Source of the DNA: Faecousia sp.
GTDB taxonomy: Bacteria; Bacillota; Clostridia; Oscillospirales; Oscillospiraceae
DNA length: 64,000 nucleotides
NCBI GenBank assembly: GCA_045635105.1
Contig: JAZRBN010000025.1
Span: 8,054 to 72,053, forward strand
Direction of reading: 5' to 3'
Position numbers and translations under genes: made by a program. Positions 56,412 through 64,000 of the stretch are shown here, in pieces (position 1 is the first letter of the stretch; the number at the start of each line of letters is the position of its first letter). The notes beneath the pieces were generated by a model. The model was not told where the DNA came from. It did not search any database and saw only the letters and a list, made by a program, of their open reading frames with translations.

Positions 56412-57245
56412 ATGGAAATGCTCTACATTGGATGCCATCTGTCAGCGTCAAACGGTAATGTGGCAATGGTCCGTACTGCCCGGGAGCTGGGTGCCAATAC
56501 CTTTGCCTTTTTCACCCGCAATCCACGGGGCAGCCACGCCAAGGAGCTCAGCAGCGCGGACTGTGAAAAGGCGATGACACTGTTGGCGGAGAACGCCTTC
56601 GGCAAGTTGGTGGCTCACGGCGCGTATACCATGAATTTGTGTACCGCCCGGGAAAAGGACCGGGTTTTCGCCGCGGAAATCCTGCGGGACGATTTGCGCA
56701 GAATGGCGAGCCTTCCCGGGAATTTCTATAATTTTCATCCCGGCAGCCATGTGGGGCAGGGGATGGATACCGGCATCACGCAGATTGCCGATGCTCTGAA
56801 ATCTGCATTGGAGCCGGATTATCCGGTAACGGTGCTGCTGGAAACTATGGCAGGTAAGGGCAGTGAGGTGGGCAGCCGGTTTGAGGAGCTGAAAGCCATT
56901 ATTGACGCGGTGGGCAGCGAGAAAATCGGCGTGTGTATGGACACCTGCCACGTTTACGATGCCGGTTATGATATTGTGAATGATTTGGACGGCGTGCTGG
57001 CGGAATTTGACCGGGTGATCGGTCTTGATAAGCTGTATGCCCTTCATTTGAACGATTCCAAAAATCCCTTTGCCAGCCATAAGGACCGGCACGAATGTAT
57101 TGGCCTGGGCAGCCTGGGACTGGAAACCTTCCGCAATATTGTGAATCATCCAGTATTAAAGGGGAAACCTATGATTTTGGAGACCCCCAACGCGCTGCCG
57201 GACTATGCCCGGGAGATTTCTCTTTTGCGGCAGATGGAATTGTAA
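56412..57245 (+). CDS. nfo: Endonuclease IV
   Basis: IGCHLS, FHPGSH, LETMAGKG, CMDTCH, HLNDSK, DRHE, ILETP. Confidence 0.95.
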   Translation: MEMLYIGCHLSASNGNVAMVRTARELGANTFAFFTRNPRGSHAKELSSADCEKAMTLLAENAFGKLVAHGAYTMNLCTAREKDRVFAAEILRDDLRRMASLPGNFYNFHPGSHVGQGMDTGITQIADALKSALEPDYPVTVLLETMAGKGSEVGSRFEELKAIIDAVGSEKIGVCMDTCHVYDAGYDIVNDLDGVLAEFDRVIGLDKLYALHLNDSKNPFASHKDRHECIGLGSLGLETFRNIVNHPVLKGKPMILETPNALPDYAREISLLRQMEL

Positions 57246-57274
57246 GAACGAAAAAATGCTAAGGAGGTGAGGAT

Positions 57275-58996
57275 ATGGAGCAATTATTGCAAATACTGCT
57301 AACTGCCAGGGATACCTATTCCAATGTGCTGATTGGCGTTATGCGTTACGGTGTGCCGGTGCTGGCGTTTATCCTGCTGCTGCGGTGCATAAAGCCCTTG
57401 CTGACCTTTCGACGGGAACCGGAAATCTGGGCGTGGCTGTGCCTGGAAGAGGGAAAACGGCTGCCCATTACCCATTGGGAAAGTGTCATCGGTCGCAGTA
57501 AGCGCAGTGATATTGTAATTAACGATGCTGCCGTATCCCGCACCCACGGCGTTTTGACCCGCTATGATGACGGCAGCTGGACCATTGCCGATTCGGACTC
57601 CTCCGACGGCATTCTGGTCAACGGAAAGCGCATCCGTATCCGTCCGCTGACTCCTGAGGATGTGATTTCCATAGGCGGTGTGCAGATGCGCCTGGAGCCC
57701 ATTACCAAAAAGCAGGAGCACAGACTCTCCCAGCTGCGCACCAAGGGCTCGTCCTTTATAAGCAGCCTCTTTAATGTGCTGCTGCTGACGGTGTTTCAGA
57801 CCCTCTGCTGCCTTGCGTTTTTGCTGGGCGGCAACAAGGATACCGCCCAGACGGTGCTCATTGGCTTTGTGGGTATGATGATTATGCAGTGGCTGCTGCT
57901 GCTGTTTTATGTGTGTATCCGCAGAACCTCCTTTGAGGTGGAAACCGTAGCGTTCTTTTTAAGTACCATGGGTATGTGCGCGGTGGCGGCTGTGGTGCCG
58001 GAGGAGGCTGTCAAGCAGCTGATTGCCTTAGGCCTTGGACTTGGCGCATTCCTGCTGGTAGGCTGGTCGCTACGGGATTTGGAACGGGCGAAGAAAATTC
58101 GCTATATAGCCGGTATTGCCGGCGTGGGCTTTCTGCTGATTACGCTGGTGTTCGGTCAGGAATACTACGGCGCGAAAAACTGGTTGGTCATCGGGTCCTT
58201 TTCCTTGCAGCCGTCGGAGCTGAGTAAGGTCTGCTTCGTATTTGTGGGCGCATCCACAATGGACCGGCTGCTGAAAAAGCGGAATCTGATTCTGTTTATT
58301 GCCTATACCGTTATCCTTTGCGGCTGTTTGGCGCTTATGAATGATTTCGGTACGGCGCTGATTTTCTTTGCCGCCTTTTTGATGATTGCCTACCTGCGTT
58401 CCGGCAGCGTGGGAACCATTGCCCTGGCGCTGACGGCGCTGGGCTTTGCCGGTGTGGTGGCGCTGAAAATCGCCCCTCACGCCCTGCGGCGGTTTGCCTC
58501 CTGGCGGCATATCTGGGAAGCGCCCCTGGACGGCGGCTATCAGCAAACCCGTGCGCTGATGTGTATGGTTTCCGGTGGCTTTTTGGGCGTGGGCGCAGGC
58601 AGAGGCTGGATGAAGAATATTTTTGCTGCGGATTCCGATGTGGTTATCGCCACCATCTGTGAAGAGTGGGGTATGATTATGGTGCTGCTTTTGCTGGTAT
58701 CCATTATTGGTCTTGCGCTGTTTTCCGTGCGTTCTGCGGCTGTGGGACGCAGCAGCTTCTATACCATCGGCGCCTGTACCGCCTCGGGCATTATGCTGGT
58801 GCAGGTGATCCTCAATGTGCTGGGCACAGTGGATGTGCTGCCGCTGACAGGCGTTACTTTCCCGTTTTTGTCCAACGGCGGTTCCAGTATGATTTGTTCC
58901 TGGGGGTTGCTGGCCTTTATCAAGGCGGCTGATACCCGGCAAAACGCCAGCTTTGCGGTACGACTGCACAAAAGGGGAGGGACGGAGAATGAATAG
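57275..58996 (+). CDS. FHA domain fused to a SEDS (RodA/FtsW) peptidoglycan glycosyltransferase
   Basis: FHA: IGRS..SDI......VSR.H, DS..G..VNG; SEDS: GAKNW, LQPSELSK, DFGTA, PLTGVTFPFLS.GGSS. Confidence 0.88.
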   Translation: MEQLLQILLTARDTYSNVLIGVMRYGVPVLAFILLLRCIKPLLTFRREPEIWAWLCLEEGKRLPITHWESVIGRSKRSDIVINDAAVSRTHGVLTRYDDGSWTIADSDSSDGILVNGKRIRIRPLTPEDVISIGGVQMRLEPITKKQEHRLSQLRTKGSSFISSLFNVLLLTVFQTLCCLAFLLGGNKDTAQTVLIGFVGMMIMQWLLLLFYVCIRRTSFEVETVAFFLSTMGMCAVAAVVPEEAVKQLIALGLGLGAFLLVGWSLRDLERAKKIRYIAGIAGVGFLLITLVFGQEYYGAKNWLVIGSFSLQPSELSKVCFVFVGASTMDRLLKKRNLILFIAYTVILCGCLALMNDFGTALIFFAAFLMIAYLRSGSVGTIALALTALGFAGVVALKIAPHALRRFASWRHIWEAPLDGGYQQTRALMCMVSGGFLGVGAGRGWMKNIFAADSDVVIATICEEWGMIMVLLLLVSIIGLALFSVRSAAVGRSSFYTIGACTASGIMLVQVILNVLGTVDVLPLTGVTFPFLSNGGSSMICSWGLLAFIKAADTRQNASFAVRLHKRGGTENE

Positions 58997-60356
58997 AATT
59001 GCATCCCGTGCCGCCATTTTGACCCTTGTGGTTGTGCTTTTGCTGGGCGGCTTCGTATTCTTTTTGGCAGAGTATGTTACCAAGGCATCGGATTGGGTGG
59101 TGTTTCCCGGCTCGCCCCACGTGTATACCGGCGGCAATATCGGCTGCGGTGTGGTGGTGGACAGGGATAATACACTCCTGCTGGATCTAAATGACGGCAG
59201 AACTTATTCCAATAGTTTACCCCTGCGCCAGTCTACCGTTCACTGGCTGGGCGACCGTTACGGCAGCATCAGCGCGCCGTCGCTGGCAAATTATGCCTCC
59301 CAGATGGCAGGCTTTGACCTGTTTAACGGTGTCTATAATTACGGTCAAACCGGCGGTGTGGCAGAGTTGACTTTGTCTTCTAAAATGCAAATTGCGGCAT
59401 TGGAGGCAATGGGGGCATATAAGGGTACGGTGGCGGTCTATAACTACAAAACCGGCCAGCTGCTGTGCGCGGTAACCACCCCCACCTACGATCCGGATAA
59501 CCTGCCGTCTGTTACAGAGGAAAACCAGGGTCTGTACGAGGGTATGTATGTAAACCGGTTTACCCAGTCCAGCTACATTCCCGGCTCTATTTTCAAGCTG
59601 GTTACCCTGGCAGCGGCGCTGGAAACCGATCCGGAGATTGCAAACCGGGAGTTTGTCTGTACCGGCAGCTACCAAATCGGCAGTGAGGAGATCACCTGCG
59701 AAGACCCCCATTGGGAGCAGAGCCTGAAAGAGGCGTTCTGCAACTCCTGCAACTGCGCCTTTGCTCAAATTGCCTTGCAGCTGGGCGGTGAGACTCTTGA
59801 AAAATATGTGCAGCAATTCGGCGTAACAGACAGCATATCCTTTGACGGGATTACCACCCAAAAGGGCAATTTCCAGGCGGCGGACGCTGAGGATTTGAAT
59901 GTGGCTTGGAGCAGCATCGGGCAGTATCTGGACCTGGTGAATCCCTGCGCGTTTTTGACCTTTATGGGGGCTGTTGCCAACGGCGGCAGAGTAACGCTGC
60001 CGTACCTTGTAGAGGAGATTTCCGTGGGCAGTAACCGCACCTACAATGGACGGACTCAGTTCGGCCAGCGGATTATGTCCGAACAAACGGCAGCCGTTTT
60101 GCAGGAATATCTGCAAAATAATGTGTATACCAAGTACGGCGCTGACAATTTCCCCGGGCTTACCGTGGGCGCAAAGACCGGCACAGGTGAGGTGGGCGGT
60201 GAGCAAAAGCCAAACGCAATGCTCTCCGGCTATGTGGACAATGAAGAATTGCCCCTGGCCTTTATTGTGTGCGTGGAGGATGCCGGCTACGGAAAGGCTG
60301 TGTGCATTCCCATTGCCTCTGCGGTTTTGGCGATTGCCCGGGAGACTTTGCAATAG
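58989..60356 (+). CDS. Class B penicillin-binding transpeptidase (PbpA-like)
   Basis: PGSIFK (SxxK), SCN (SxN), KTGTGE; N-terminal TM; overlaps the SEDS gene. Confidence 0.9.
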   Translation: MNRIASRAAILTLVVVLLLGGFVFFLAEYVTKASDWVVFPGSPHVYTGGNIGCGVVVDRDNTLLLDLNDGRTYSNSLPLRQSTVHWLGDRYGSISAPSLANYASQMAGFDLFNGVYNYGQTGGVAELTLSSKMQIAALEAMGAYKGTVAVYNYKTGQLLCAVTTPTYDPDNLPSVTEENQGLYEGMYVNRFTQSSYIPGSIFKLVTLAAALETDPEIANREFVCTGSYQIGSEEITCEDPHWEQSLKEAFCNSCNCAFAQIALQLGGETLEKYVQQFGVTDSISFDGITTQKGNFQAADAEDLNVAWSSIGQYLDLVNPCAFLTFMGAVANGGRVTLPYLVEEISVGSNRTYNGRTQFGQRIMSEQTAAVLQEYLQNNVYTKYGADNFPGLTVGAKTGTGEVGGEQKPNAMLSGYVDNEELPLAFIVCVEDAGYGKAVCIPIASAVLAIARETLQ

Positions 60357-60420
60357 ATGCTTGTGCAGAATGAATAAAAAACGTATCTTTTGGCAATAGG
60401 AAAATGTTGTATTTTTGTCG

Positions 60421-60474
60421 TTGACAAATGTGCACCACAGAGATACAATATAAACACCATTTACGGTGTTTATA
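60421..60474 (+). promoter_or_regulatory. Promoter of the liv-type operon with an overlapping palindrome
   Basis: TTGACA-17nt-TACAAT; TATAAACACC-N6-GGTGTTTATA at 60449-60474. Confidence 0.7.
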
Positions 60475-60540
60475 AGGAAACGGGTGCTTCTGGCATTGTC
60501 GCTTCTTTGTATAAAGAAAGTTTGAAAGGAAGACCAAAGT

Positions 60541-61701
60541 ATGAAAAAGTATCTTGCAATCTTATTGGCAGCCCTGATGGTGGCAGCAATGTTCGCCGGC
60601 TGTGGCGGCCAGACCAATTACGCAGCCAATAATACAGAGTATGTTATTGGCGTTTCCGGTCCTCTGACCGGTGGCGCAGCGATTTACGGTAAGGCTGTGC
60701 AGAATGCTGCTCAGATGGCAGTTGATGAGATCAATGCCGCCGGCGGCTTAAATGGAATTAAGTTCAGACTGGAAGCCATCGACGATGCCCATGACCCCTC
60801 CAAAATCCCCACCAACTATGCAGCTCTGCTGGAAGGCGGTATGCAGCTGTCCTTGGGTACTGTTACCACCGGCCCGGGCGAAGAGTTTAAGAATCTGGCA
60901 GTGGAAGACAATGTGTTCTTCCTGACCCCCTCTGCCTCCGGCGATAAGATTCCCGAGTTTGAAAACGGCTATCAGATGTGCTTTGCTGATGGCAACCAGG
61001 GTAAGGTAGCTGCTGATTTCGTCAACGAGAACTTTGCCGGACAGACCATCGGCGTATTCTACAAGTCCGACGAGACCTATTCCAAGGGCATCTACACCCA
61101 GTTCAAGGAGAACCTGTCTAAGGATGTTACTGTGATCGAGACCTCTTTCAGCGATGCCAATACCACTGACTTTGCTACCCAGATTGACACACTGAAAGAC
61201 TGCAACTTCATCTTTATGCCCATTTACTATACCCCCGCAACCCTGTTTATGACCCAGGCTAAGAGCATTTTGCAGGCTGACGCTACATATTACGGCTGCG
61301 ATGGCTTTGACGGCATCGACAGCGCAGACGGCTTTGATATCACCACCATTCCCCAGAAGGTTACGATGCTGTCTCACTTCAACTCCAAGGCAGAAACCGG
61401 CGCTGCCAAGACCTTCATTGATAAGTATGTGGAAAAGTACGGCAAGGATACTCTGAACCAGTTCGGCGCCTCTGCTTATGACTGCGTATACGCACTCTAT
61501 GGCGCGATGAAGAAGGCCATTGACGGCGGCAAGGAAATTCCTGTTACTATCAGCGCCTCTGACCTGTGCGAGATCTTGAAGGAGCAGTTTGAGGGTGGCT
61601 TCACCTTTGAAAACGGTGTTACCGGTGATAAAATCACCTGGGATGCCAACGGCTATGTGGATAAGAGCGCTATCCAGTATGTGATCAAGGATGCAGGCTG
61701 A
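60541..61701 (+). CDS. Branched-chain amino acid (HAAT) ABC substrate-binding lipoprotein
   Basis: Lipobox FAGC, GPLTG.AA.YG, AVDEINAAGG, TPSAS, DG.DG, AYD. Confidence 0.9.
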   Translation: MKKYLAILLAALMVAAMFAGCGGQTNYAANNTEYVIGVSGPLTGGAAIYGKAVQNAAQMAVDEINAAGGLNGIKFRLEAIDDAHDPSKIPTNYAALLEGGMQLSLGTVTTGPGEEFKNLAVEDNVFFLTPSASGDKIPEFENGYQMCFADGNQGKVAADFVNENFAGQTIGVFYKSDETYSKGIYTQFKENLSKDVTVIETSFSDANTTDFATQIDTLKDCNFIFMPIYYTPATLFMTQAKSILQADATYYGCDGFDGIDSADGFDITTIPQKVTMLSHFNSKAETGAAKTFIDKYVEKYGKDTLNQFGASAYDCVYALYGAMKKAIDGGKEIPVTISASDLCEILKEQFEGGFTFENGVTGDKITWDANGYVDKSAIQYVIKDAG

Positions 61702-61806
61702 TTTATAAGGAAAACAAAAAACGCTGCACATACCGGCTGCTTTGCCGGTATGTCCAGTTTCGTGCTGAAATATGTCAGTTACAAAACATAGAGTTGGGAT
61801 GAAAAT

Positions 61807-62679
61807 ATGGAAGTAATTTTATCAACACTGATAAACGGTTTAAGCCTTGGCGGCATTTACGCTATGATCGCTTTGGGTTACACCATGGTTTACGGCATCG
61901 CAAAGCTGTTAAACTTTGCCCACGGCGATATTATTATGGTGGGCGGCTATGTGATTTTCGTGGTTATGGCCACCAATAATCCGCTTTTGGCCGTCCTCGC
62001 GGCAGTGATTGCCTGTGTGGTCCTGGGCGTTGTGATCGAGAAGGTGGCCTATCGGCCTTTGCGGGGCGCATCACCCCTGGCGGTTTTGATTACTGCCATC
62101 GGTGTCAGCTATTTGCTGCAAAGCCTGGCGCAAATTGTTTTCGGTTCTGCACCCAAGATGGTTACGGTGTATGAGTTTGGTTCGGTAAGCTTTTTGGGCG
62201 CCACGGTGCAGGTTTCTGCGTTGGTTACGCTGGCTGTTACCGTTGTGGTTATGGTTGTGCTTACAATGTTCGTCAAGTGCACCCGTCTGGGTCGGGCGAT
62301 GATTGCTGTGTCCGAGGACAGGGAAGCTGCCCAGCTCATGGGCATCAATGTTAATCGTATTATCACCATTACCTTTGCTATTGGCTCTTCGCTGGCTGCG
62401 TTGGCAGGACTTTTCTATTTGCTGAAAGCCCCCAATGTGTCCTTTACAATGGGCGCAATGCCCGGAATCAAGGCGTTTACCGCTGCGGTTATCGGCGGTA
62501 TCGGCTCGATTCCCGGCGCTATGCTGGGCGGTATTTTGCTGGGTATGGTGGAGTGTATCTCCTATAAAATTGCCGCAATCGCCCCTTACACGGATGCCAT
62601 TGAGTTTTCTATTTTGATTCTGATTCTGTTGGTCAGACCCACCGGCTTCCTTGGAAAGAAACGGAGGGAAAAGGTATGA
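61807..62679 (+). CDS. livH: HAAT ABC permease
   Basis: NGL..G.IYA.IALGYTMVYG...LNFAHG, KAF.AAVIGGIGS. Confidence 0.93.
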   Translation: MEVILSTLINGLSLGGIYAMIALGYTMVYGIAKLLNFAHGDIIMVGGYVIFVVMATNNPLLAVLAAVIACVVLGVVIEKVAYRPLRGASPLAVLITAIGVSYLLQSLAQIVFGSAPKMVTVYEFGSVSFLGATVQVSALVTLAVTVVVMVVLTMFVKCTRLGRAMIAVSEDREAAQLMGINVNRIITITFAIGSSLAALAGLFYLLKAPNVSFTMGAMPGIKAFTAAVIGGIGSIPGAMLGGILLGMVECISYKIAAIAPYTDAIEFSILILILLVRPTGFLGKKRREKV

Positions 62680-63809
62680 GACTTGGAAAAATAAAAGTAA
62701 ATCATTACATCAATTATGCGGTCATCGGCTTGCTTACGATTGTTTTGGGCACGATGTCCGCCACCGGTGTAAGATTTGATAATTCCTTGCTGTTTTTGCT
62801 GGAAAAGGTAGCCATTGGTATCATTTTGGCAGTGTCCTTGTCCTTGGTAGTTGGATTCCTGGGTGAGCTGTCATTGGGCCACGCCGGCTTTATGTGCGTA
62901 GGCGCATACCTGGGCGGTAAGGTGTCTGCGCTGCTTGTGCCTGCTATGGGGAACGGCATTGCTGCCTTCCTGATCTCTTTGCTGGCAGGCTGCGCTGCGG
63001 CCGCAATCTGCGGCATCATTGTGGGTATTCCCGCGTTGCGCCTGCGGGGCGACTACCTTGCTATTGTAACCCTGGCATTCGGTGAGATTGTGAAATCCCT
63101 GTTTCAGAATACCTCCGACGAAAGCTTTGGCGGTACGCTGGGCTTGGATACCCCCCGATACGACAAGAAGTATCTGTTTATTATTGCCTTTGTTTTGGTG
63201 CTGATTACCCTGGCGGTGGTGCAGAATTACATTCGCTCCAAGCACGGCAGAGCGGTAACCGCCATTCGGGATAACGAAATCGCTGCCCGTGCCACCGGTA
63301 TCAATGTTACCAAGTATAAGCTGCTGACTTTTACTTTGTCTGCTACCCTTGCGGGTATGGCAGGTGTGCTGTACAGTTACAGCAACTATAAGATTCAGAG
63401 CTTGAAGTTTGGCTACAATTACTCTATCGAGATTCTGGTTATGGTAGTTCTGGGCGGTATGGGCAGCATCAACGGCGCAATTGTTGCCGCAATGCTGATT
63501 ACCTGGCTGAATACCTGGCTGCCTACCAAGCTTACCGGCGACCTGGCGGTGTTGCAGAATTTGCTGTACGCGCTGATTTTGATTGTGATTGTAATTTACA
63601 ACAATGCGCCTAAGCTGAAAGGGTTCCGGGATACCTATAATCTGGGCGCCCTTGCGTCGAAATTCAGAAAACAGCATGATGCGGGCCACATCAAGGACGA
63701 TAAGGCAAAGTGGGATGTGGTGCCCACAAAAATCAGTATGGACGAGGTGCTATCCGTTGATTTTGCTCCCCAAAATATCGGACCTGACAGAAAGGAAGGG
63801 GAGAAGTAA
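62676..63809 (+). CDS. livM: HAAT ABC permease
   Basis: GELSLGHAGF, LRLRGDYLAIVTLAFGEI, AIRDNEIAA, MVVLGGMGS. Confidence 0.93.
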   Translation: MRLGKIKVNHYINYAVIGLLTIVLGTMSATGVRFDNSLLFLLEKVAIGIILAVSLSLVVGFLGELSLGHAGFMCVGAYLGGKVSALLVPAMGNGIAAFLISLLAGCAAAAICGIIVGIPALRLRGDYLAIVTLAFGEIVKSLFQNTSDESFGGTLGLDTPRYDKKYLFIIAFVLVLITLAVVQNYIRSKHGRAVTAIRDNEIAARATGINVTKYKLLTFTLSATLAGMAGVLYSYSNYKIQSLKFGYNYSIEILVMVVLGGMGSINGAIVAAMLITWLNTWLPTKLTGDLAVLQNLLYALILIVIVIYNNAPKLKGFRDTYNLGALASKFRKQHDAGHIKDDKAKWDVVPTKISMDEVLSVDFAPQNIGPDRKEGEK

Positions 63810-64000
63810 TGGCAGAATATATGCTTGAAACCAAAAATCTTGGCATCTCCTTTGGCGGCTTGAAGGCGGCGCAGGATGTGAATATCCGCATTAAGAAGAA
63901 TCAGCTCTATGGCTTGATCGGCCCTAACGGCGCGGGTAAGACAACCATCTTTAACTTGCTGACCTGCATTTATAAGCCCACCACCGGTACTTTTTACCTG
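63809..64000 (+). CDS. livG: HAAT ABC ATP-binding protein, 3'-truncated by window edge
   Basis: MAEYMLETKNLGISFGGLKA...GLIGPNGAGKTTIFN; TAATG overlap with livM. Confidence 0.9.
   Translation, partial: MAEYMLETKNLGISFGGLKAAQDVNIRIKKNQLYGLIGPNGAGKTTIFNLLTCIYKPTTGTFYL

Overview
Chromosomal window from an anaerobic Firmicute. Gene content, T-box and SAM-I riboswitches and sigma-A promoters suggest Clostridia, probably Oscillospiraceae-like (inference). It is densely coding, with about 57 genes and no rRNA, tRNA, CRISPR or IS elements seen. From left to right: a partial Fic gene; a GH2/GH36-like/D-lyxose isomerase/PfkB cluster; a CNNM (CorB/hemolysin) transporter with an unannotated acidic/Pro leader peptide and attenuator; a lipid acyltransferase-PAP2-AKR operon; an AraC/GPH-MFS/GH2 locus; a heavy-metal P1B-ATPase with ArsR; an orphan oadB with a 41-aa gamma-like peptide; ltaE, metY and a large LRR surface protein. 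Next is a LacI-controlled fucU/fucI/ABC/FGGY-kinase locus that has no aldolase and instead carries SrlD-like, PHP and SorE-like genes, then a 2-enoate reductase plus two-subunit aconitase X operon. The rest is asnA, htrA, Trp T-box-trpB2, a YtrA-type ABC operon, a polysaccharide deacetylase, folA/thyA, SAM-I-metK, nfo, FHA-RodA/PBP and liv ABC genes. Best candidates for undescribed systems: (1) the enoate reductase + AcnX operon (CoA-free dehydroxylation of a 3-hydroxy acid); (2) the aldolase-free FucI/kinase/SorE/SrlD/PHP sugar pathway; (3) the MgtL-like leader attenuator on a probable Mg2+ exporter. All functional calls come from motif recognition by eye; no database searches were run.
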